Assembly: GCA_022426155.1 (NCBI GenBank)
Contig: JAKMEE010000028.1
Location: 55,442-119,441 of the forward strand
Direction: 5' to 3'
Source: Poseidonia sp.
Lineage (GTDB): Archaea; Thermoplasmatota; Poseidoniia; Poseidoniales; Poseidoniaceae
DNA length: 64,000 nt
The notes below the pieces were generated by a model that worked only from the letters and a program-made list of their open reading frames with translations, was not told the DNA's origin and searched no databases. Within the stretch, counting starts at the first letter, position 1. Every line of letters begins with the position of its first letter. The position numbers were made by a program, and so were the translations under genes. This document shows positions 59,901 to 64,000 of the stretch, piece after piece.

Positions 59901-60143
59901 TCCGGTCCGAGTGGTCCTGCGCCAGGTCCATCAGGTCCTGCTTCCGGTCCGAGTGGCCCTGCGCCAGGTCCATCAGGGCCCGCTCCTGTTTCAGAACCAG
60001 AACCTGTTGAGGAGCCTTCTGCCATTGAAGACGATGAAAGTTATCGTGTTGATGATGAAGGCACTGAATGGTGGGAAGATGATGAAGGAACTTGGTGGTA
60101 CCGAGTTCAAGGCGCCGAAGAGTGGGATGAATGGACTGAATGA
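50913..60143 (+). CDS. Giant surface protein (3076 aa) with seven DNRLRE-like modules, Ig-like stalk, TM anchor and cytoplasmic tail
   Basis: Repeated D[TA]YI...F/L-D-L..P...A.L.L...W...[TA][TS]W...W..FDIT..VQ...F.S.E...RP.L modules; many N-x-S/T sequons; TM near 59700..59775. Confidence 0.88.
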   Translation: MSPMRNQPSNQRGITVLLLVMMFIFADMALPQTLEGWTLLEDEQEPSRTVSTHSVLADTYITVADPTGTYNGSTTGSLNDDLISESKLLFRFPMNFTSSDTIHSATLDLNCTTDAEIGSTEMIAYAAEMKRTWNGSYASWMIYASSLSWDVAGADGDADRGIWEPPVRLSSNGTLSLNVTAIAQDAALSNQAHVSIIVTSLGAAYDCSMSEATNAASRPSLLIDSSATAAGSGQTVQTDLPIAEGAPWMESAFLLAPVTTPDISYANNTGAEVEIQLSHSDDFRSMSDDLWHFSTLWNTFGSTGTSGHYTIPSSLALTNGSDMYMRVRSLDSSGQIGTWDNTHFLLPSLDVTDNGDGTATMTLEPTDLGLASNFFQDATVSETSKTTKYGGEATFEASMTSSKERISHLRASLNQLGLHDNLTIVDASLNLTRFGHTGDPVVSLHGMDDSGLWVEDDITWNQMSTNGIQWYDGGRGNGTAAFGLADGNRSLDLFSFDITHPVQNYLDGGDDDPLDMLLAVRGKYESHTNGEGIVFHAAEGNGDLPVFSLTYEWGSGVTPNAVSLTAPTDGLAIWNQTGHNLSGNTQPSLNWSLPSSGDDIVFEMATDEDFRLRTMRVDTRIDNDFSPVDGTLAMTGAKTLDLGNMYFWRMATVDADGHYGTWVSSSFLISNLESEWLGGDRYEFRMKHGNGTDDNQYPECMDTYIDSGDTNGNYNGDEEMAIDYNTLPSETTVLLGCNLVSNLLPSGYAVESAQLHMTLTSSTFGNPTIAVWENLQNNWSDGDATWASYDGDNSWATGGAKGAERGSLLDSESIGSSYSEGDVVEWNVTLAVQNAMREDRRVDFIAGMLAIGSGSSRTAYFSSAEGSMSDRPELTFVYVPGSDAVPSNPTLNLPLNGSWSIGTGVDMTPIAQPELDWSFSGTMTIGGYLLQLDTQSDFSSVASMTYASWNDPGFDLTNFSFTPSSDLDDGNTWYWRVRAVSATNQIGNWSSTYHFHLPNLTTHVVDATKASVELHHREALPHMNLPNFIDTYVMEGGQGASSTNENSTGLLVGETSSGHQSAALIKLPLSEIPQPANARVTQAEINLFAEYGSAVGEPVAVRQVLQNWTTSANNTTYDGVNNWSLPGGRNIGVDIGGYVDLVSSVDDSWMTFDITEAVQAAIANGETHVSLMIYTSSETTDDIVFTSTEGSSTEHPWMNLTWEDGAGTTPTLAATNIGPVSNSIVWDSTSHALLADDQPTFSWTYGSTTAADHWRVFILADANNDMAGLYTYDSRTNGSAFDITNMTFTPPAPLVYSREIRWMVQAVNDGMLGPRSNSTHFHLPSTVATEINSTDATLSVQEGAIVPVLNYPTSTQDTFLDSGNTQSNEGNGYSLYVGRSATAYNNVNLRSSSLISVDFSMLPMPATYEVVDATLELDVLNRNGQVLMSVSDMVSSWTESSTWAYPAGNNSSWSGTGAYHTSDSNAPFNPGFWVNSSDTVAANVTALVQHALANGQSGIDVILQAEEYNGAVNGRIEFASSEYPLLDLRPRLNMTYRLITPHVPSASTGLLPADGATLWDTSQPRPSGQDMSEFTWSATVNNETRWIACAADDERMTQEVECYDLNAIMDGAETNITYDPVNMTISVSNMSKGDSWVYWRVRADQDHRIGEWSAVHSYRNPSNYGSDDGNGNHTLELYRESIFSVTGSIPSVPDVEIDSSTSVNTGSSASLDLGQSSGGSGESRILMEFDLTNLPWPAAMTPTSMVLQMYRTSLQGTSSTTVSAHACSSFNEGSTIWATAPSCSTTEITRTTLTLLPPDGWMEWDLTSLAQDNIANGNTTMTIMLQRVGTSSTTHSFHSSDVTNESLRPRIVLDYVDNVAGIIPPAQPSLITPTDGEVLYEELSGLLVPELQPLLSWNPVTGATGYIVSIANESGVTKYRSWEDSEITNTTFRFSDNLSQSDVYSWWVQGVNQSIPGPSSARWSFAVGSPNHVFNSDLTYTYTFQTGNEIVQYGHTNIQDTAIYSEYGAQNYVDDDVMSVGEFCGTLWTDECRATLGLDASQVPFAPYQQVHSASLGLFIEDWVSVGQATSMTFSIHEVTSSAWSQTSVTWNGTTSGSQWGAPGMQAGVDYAATPLSQVVLNVDTTGWVWFDISTEGMTLSSSTKWIILGTSNVGHAHASFYTSEAGDQNYRPQILFNTTNVSTIDLSPSGTPTTDADTNVLFQYAAYDHLSMVQSPPVVWKASAGSIGSNGLFTPSMSGTITISACFGLVCGSQNITVTPGAPTDLIVSPLTATITADQTLLITANMVDQHGNIVPGQPLTFTPSNGSMSATMPNEFLPHAAGSHTIRVTHAITGGSFVDVGVTVLTGTPDYFELTGCSGTVPAGEWCDITTKLFDQFGNELNLSEAGNLTWTTTNGNYSEINQQYFPDHVGQWWLNLTSVYGVSSELLITVGHGEMAMLELNVSSTEITADERVYVNTTRVDVRGNRIAVVLPAENWTKIADGQLTPGAPAIWDPISRGAKTLEARYESTLAQVIITVSEGEIQALILIVDNEDAALSNSQFDLTADESLEVKVKAIDAKGNRWVVVADWTLDHPTMGDSSSFLEKVVGDSTVFMPYLASEDEYVLTATYDDGTIIHQVSLESLISHGFLHTVSISGVVNNPLSTNGASFDMTSDYAVDFSAELSDMDGNRIDVSQLTWLLIEDESGVATDITTDLLMSGMRWEAGSIGEYSIQAYSISGTGYNITDSIAITVYHGIAVSVNSNLIAGSSSTTPVAGDLIEIYINGTDADGNIFAQNVQWAENGSEVTTLTAVEATDGAYVYAAEIAGIHTLFFEAGDASSSLELNISAQSIVNRLEVNLSATGVEQLGTVQISIRAFDVFNNEIPVPSSIQVDATGRASVTMQTSDSWTITTLEDGAQTITVNVGAVRVDSDIEVTGTLAGFFESGGTLYYVGAGLLALVGLVLVGLLVNFMRSGSDDWDDEYEEKYEDESVGVSSGPAAGPSGPAPGQSGPASGPSGPAPGPSGPASGPSGPAPGPSGPAPVSEPEPVEEPSAIEDDESYRVDDEGTEWWEDDEGTWWYRVQGAEEWDEWTE
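59850..59987 (+). repeat. 21-nt (7-aa) tandem repeat encoding GPA[A/P/S]G[P/Q]S, about 6.5 units
   Basis: GPAAGPS GPAPGQS GPASGPS GPAPGPS GPASGPS GPAPGPS GPAP, with a near-identical 42-nt higher-order unit. Confidence 0.95.
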
Positions 60144-62761
60144 AGATTGAGGTGTTTGACTTGCTGCAACATCGTCGAATCTTCACCTTCGTTGCTATCA
60201 TCTCATTGTTATGTGTCTCGTGGCCAGCATCATTTGAACTCAATGATGCCTCCACCCCGTCATTCGCAGGGCCGGCCGACAGAATTGTCATTGACTCACC
60301 GCCAGCTGAATTGACAGCAGATGAAGTGGTTCAATTTGAAGCCATCATTTACGATGCAGTGAACAATGTCGTTACCGGTCAAGTGAATTGGACGGTGAGC
60401 AATGGTAGCATTTCTTCTAACGGTTTATTTTTCCCATGGGCGTCTGGAAGCGTTGAAATCATTGCAGAACACAATGGCCTGAATGGACATTACAACCTCA
60501 CAGTGACTCCGGGAGCTGCGACTTCTATTGAGATATCGACCACTCATTTCATGGTTAAAGAAACAACCTCGTTACAGGCAGATCTACTCGATGCTCGTGG
60601 AAACCGAGAGGCCGGGGGCGAAGGGATGGTATGGGACCTCAATGGTTTGTATTTCGGACATGGTATGCCAGAGTGGACGCCTGAAAAGTTAGGTGATATG
60701 GACCTTCGAGTCCGCTTTAATCAGCTTGAAGACAACGCTGAAGTGACCGTCGTCTCAGGAGACCCTCATACCTTTAGTTTTCTCGATAGGATTCAGGTTC
60801 GTGCAGGGGCAACGGTTCGCATTGTTCCAGACCTCATTGATATCAACGGCTACTCAATGCCATTGTCAACCATTCCATCGATCGCTTGGTATGCAGAGAA
60901 TGGAACATTCAATGCAGCTGGCGATTATACAGCGACCAATACTGGCCGATGGAACATTAGTGCAACCTACGGGAATATCACGGGTGAAGGAATCATCGAA
61001 GTGATTCCTGGTGATGCTGTGGCGTCTGAATTGATTTTCGTCAATTCTCCAACAGAATTCGTTGCAGGTGAGCAATACGAACTCGCAGTTGAACGCAGAG
61101 ATGCCAACGGTTACATTGGGACGGTATCCCTACCTCTAAGTGCTTGGACCGTGAATTCAGGGGGCCTGTCTACTGACGATAATCGCGTGTATTGGAACCC
61201 CTCTGGTGTTGGCCCAGCGACTCTTTCTGTCATGGACAACGATGTGTATTCTGAACGTTCAGTTGAGGTCTTGCATGGTACTCCAATGGACCTTGAAATT
61301 ATGATGAACCCCGCTCTTCCTTCTGCAGGTGACCAAGTTGCCCTCATTCTCCAAGCCGTTGATGTCATGGGGAATACTTGGATTGTCAACGGCTCCATTG
61401 AAATGAATATGGGGAATGAAACTGAAATCATGGACCAGACACCTTACCTACTCATTCAAGCACAACTTGCCCAATCATGGCGTTTTGAGGCCAGTTGGTA
61501 CGATGAAGTGACAGCTATCATGTTTGTCGCAGACCATTCATTTGATGTTCATCCAGGACCCCTTGCTTTCATCACCATGGATGGAGAGGGTGAGATCGTT
61601 CCAGCAGACGGAGATCTCAATCTCAATCCACAATTTTTTGATGCATACGGTAATCAACTTCCTGAACTCGTTCTAAATTGGACCATCGATGGGAATGACA
61701 TCACCTTGGATATGTTGCTCAATGATGGACGTTGGGTGGCTACCTCTCTAGGTGGGCATGAAATCCGCGTGAATGCTGATGGGGTGTTCGCAACCGTTCG
61801 TTTGACGGTGGTTGCAGGAGATGCCCATGGGCTTGTGACGGATGTCGAGGAAGGGTTCACTGTTGTGGCTGGAGTTCCAACCGATATGTTTGTTCAAGTG
61901 GTTGATATTCATGGGAACTTAGCTGAGGCAACCCAAATTTCAACCACAATCAATGGCTCCGTGGCCATGCTAGAAGCATCGCCTACTGGCTTGGGTTACT
62001 GGCAAATGATTGGAAAGCAAGCCGGAGACCACGAACTTGTGATGGTCCAAGATGAAGCGATCCATTCCGTCTCGTTGAAGGTTGTCCCGGGCAAACCAAT
62101 TCGAATTCAATCAAATCTCAATCAAGATTTTGTTTCACAAGGAGATGTTGTCCTTTTGCAAGCCTATGGCATTGATGCGTATGGAAACTCGGTCCCTATC
62201 GATGAAACGAATGCCAGTGTAACTTGCACAGCAGGAACAGCCACATTCGTCACCAATGGAATCTGGGAAATAGATGTGACAAATGATGGAACTGACCGAG
62301 CATGCACATTGGTATGGGACGGACTTTTAGCGCAAAATTTCTTTGATGTTGAATCGGTATTGCTCGGAGGAGCTGTTGGTTCGACAAATACTGCCATGGT
62401 GATGGGGATTATTCTCCTCAGCCTGATCCTTGCCGTATTGGTTGTACTCACTAAGAAAGCCAACGAAGAAGGAAATGAATGGATTGAAGATGCATTTGAT
62501 GAGGATGAATATGATTCTAATGGTGGGGATGAGGACGATGATATTCCCGATGATGATGAAAGCGAATTAAGCCGTCATGGATTGACGGATGCTGGTCTCA
62601 AAGAATTGGCTGCTGAGGCCACAAGAGTTGGTGTCATGCAAGCAACCCCATCAACTAAGCAAGGTCAAACAGGATGGTATGTTGATGTCTCTGAAGAATT
62701 ACAATACTGGGAAGTAACTCCAGCAGGGGAATGGATTCGCCATGAATCCGAAGAAGCTTGA
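60140..62761 (+). CDS. Membrane-anchored Ig-like repeat surface protein (873 aa), paralog of the upstream stalk
   Basis: Signal peptide, repeated YDxxxN/DxxGN Ig-like units, C-terminal TM, acidic and Trp-rich tail. ATGA overlap with the upstream gene. Confidence 0.85.
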   Translation: MKIEVFDLLQHRRIFTFVAIISLLCVSWPASFELNDASTPSFAGPADRIVIDSPPAELTADEVVQFEAIIYDAVNNVVTGQVNWTVSNGSISSNGLFFPWASGSVEIIAEHNGLNGHYNLTVTPGAATSIEISTTHFMVKETTSLQADLLDARGNREAGGEGMVWDLNGLYFGHGMPEWTPEKLGDMDLRVRFNQLEDNAEVTVVSGDPHTFSFLDRIQVRAGATVRIVPDLIDINGYSMPLSTIPSIAWYAENGTFNAAGDYTATNTGRWNISATYGNITGEGIIEVIPGDAVASELIFVNSPTEFVAGEQYELAVERRDANGYIGTVSLPLSAWTVNSGGLSTDDNRVYWNPSGVGPATLSVMDNDVYSERSVEVLHGTPMDLEIMMNPALPSAGDQVALILQAVDVMGNTWIVNGSIEMNMGNETEIMDQTPYLLIQAQLAQSWRFEASWYDEVTAIMFVADHSFDVHPGPLAFITMDGEGEIVPADGDLNLNPQFFDAYGNQLPELVLNWTIDGNDITLDMLLNDGRWVATSLGGHEIRVNADGVFATVRLTVVAGDAHGLVTDVEEGFTVVAGVPTDMFVQVVDIHGNLAEATQISTTINGSVAMLEASPTGLGYWQMIGKQAGDHELVMVQDEAIHSVSLKVVPGKPIRIQSNLNQDFVSQGDVVLLQAYGIDAYGNSVPIDETNASVTCTAGTATFVTNGIWEIDVTNDGTDRACTLVWDGLLAQNFFDVESVLLGGAVGSTNTAMVMGIILLSLILAVLVVLTKKANEEGNEWIEDAFDEDEYDSNGGDEDDDIPDDDESELSRHGLTDAGLKELAAEATRVGVMQATPSTKQGQTGWYVDVSEELQYWEVTPAGEWIRHESEEA

Positions 62762-62829
62762 GTTCACTTGGATGACTGGACCGCTAATGCTCAATTCACC
62801 TTGATGGGTTCCATGAGATTGTGGAGCAA

Positions 62830-63999
62830 TCATTCATCGCTGTGATCTTCAAAGAGTTGGAAGAATTCATCAATGTCGATCACTCCGTTGGCGTCAATAT
62901 CTGCATTGTGGAATATCATGCGTGATTCATCGCTCGTGTATTCAAAGCCAAGAGAGGAGAGTGCATGCTGGAATTCTCGAAGTGTGAGATGGTTCTTCCC
63001 ACCTAAGTCTGCTGCATGGAACACTGCGACTCTCACCTGTTGTTCGTTGGGTGTACCACTCTTGAATTGCTGTCGGAATGATTGAACGGGTGTTGTTTGA
63101 ATCGTCGCATGTTTCTTTCCATAGAGGTAATAGGTGGCTGAACCAGCAAGAATGGCTGCTCCTCCACCAATCAAGGCTTTCTCTCCAATGAAGTACATCA
63201 GGACGGCTCCTGCAACGATGCCCCAAATTTGGATATAGGGGTACATGGGTCCCTTGTAACTTGGATTCCAATCGTACTCTTTACTGGTCTGCCTCAATAT
63301 GATAACACAAGAATTAATCATCATAAAAATCATGATTTTGAAACCTGATGCCAGTTTGACCACGTCCTTCAGGGGGGCCTCCATAATCGCAATACCCATG
63401 ACAATTCCAGTCAGAATAATCGGCCAATGGGGGGTTTCATAGCGGACATTGACCTCTTCCAGAGCTTGCGGCAAGAGGTTATCTTGAGACATAGCAAACA
63501 GGAAACGAGATGAGGCCAGAATTCCAGCTAACGCCATGGAGATCATAATCAGCACAGACAAGATAGCCGCAAAAATACCAAATTCAGTACCTGCAACTTT
63601 TTCTGCGAAAACAAAGATGGGGTTCTCAACGACTTTGCCATCCTGTATCCACCATTCTCCTGGAATGGCTGCCATCATCAGATAGGCGATGGCTGTGTAA
63701 AGTACGGTGGCGATGAGTAATGAAAGCATGATTCCTGCTGGAAGGTTCTTTTCAGGATCTTTGACTTCTCCACCAATTGCTGCAACTTTGGTGACACCTG
63801 CATAGGCAACAAAAACGAAGGCAGCTGCCTCAGCCAGTGTCCAAATATCTGTGGAAAATGCCGCATCAACGGGTCGCTGAGCATCAAATCCGTCCACAAA
63901 GAATGCTGCAACACAGATGAACAGCAAAAGAGCGACAGTGGCAATGACGATCGGGGTTTGGATTGCCTTTACTTTGGAGACACCGAGTATGTTGACAAC
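62830..63999 (-). CDS. APC family amino acid permease with C-terminal EF-hand pair (5' part outside window)
   Basis: Frame open to the window edge. FVFVAYAGVTKVAAIGGEVKDPEKNLP, SSRFLFAMSQD, TPHWPI; EF loops DLGGKNHLTLRE and DIDANGVIDIDE. Confidence 0.9.
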   Translation of the reverse strand, partial: VVNILGVSKVKAIQTPIVIATVALLLFICVAAFFVDGFDAQRPVDAAFSTDIWTLAEAAAFVFVAYAGVTKVAAIGGEVKDPEKNLPAGIMLSLLIATVLYTAIAYLMMAAIPGEWWIQDGKVVENPIFVFAEKVAGTEFGIFAAILSVLIMISMALAGILASSRFLFAMSQDNLLPQALEEVNVRYETPHWPIILTGIVMGIAIMEAPLKDVVKLASGFKIMIFMMINSCVIILRQTSKEYDWNPSYKGPMYPYIQIWGIVAGAVLMYFIGEKALIGGGAAILAGSATYYLYGKKHATIQTTPVQSFRQQFKSGTPNEQQVRVAVFHAADLGGKNHLTLREFQHALSSLGFEYTSDESRMIFHNADIDANGVIDIDEFFQLFEDHSDE

Positions 64000-64000
64000 G

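Noticed and set aside
59850-59987. Collagen-like domain or CRISPR-like array
   Set aside because: Period is 7 aa with Gly not at every third residue; it is an in-frame coding repeat with no spacers and no cas genes.

Overview
Archaeal chromosomal window. Archaeal markers are the PolD small subunit, GatD, RFC small subunit, Nob1, pelota and a tRNA-Met with a bulge-helix-bulge intron. The gene content and very large acidic surface proteins are most consistent with Marine Group II / Ca. Poseidoniales (inference). It holds about 37 CDS and 3 tRNAs. I found no CRISPR array, rRNA or recognisable mobile element. Nearly half the window encodes large cell-surface proteins. The most striking element is a 4574-aa ORF (14626..28350) whose C-terminus carries a sortase-like anchor (VPSF + TM helix + RR), a short acidic linker and then a complete archaeal type IV pilin (class III signal helix + globular domain) in the same frame, suggesting an adhesin-pilin polyprotein. 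Other notable items: a 3076-aa protein with seven DNRLRE-like modules coupled to a headless paralog, an anchored alpha/beta-hydrolase whose nucleophile Ser is Gly, an APC permease with a C-terminal EF-hand pair, and C(UUCG)G hairpins after the two most codon-biased surface genes. All domain calls come from motif recognition by eye; no database search was run.
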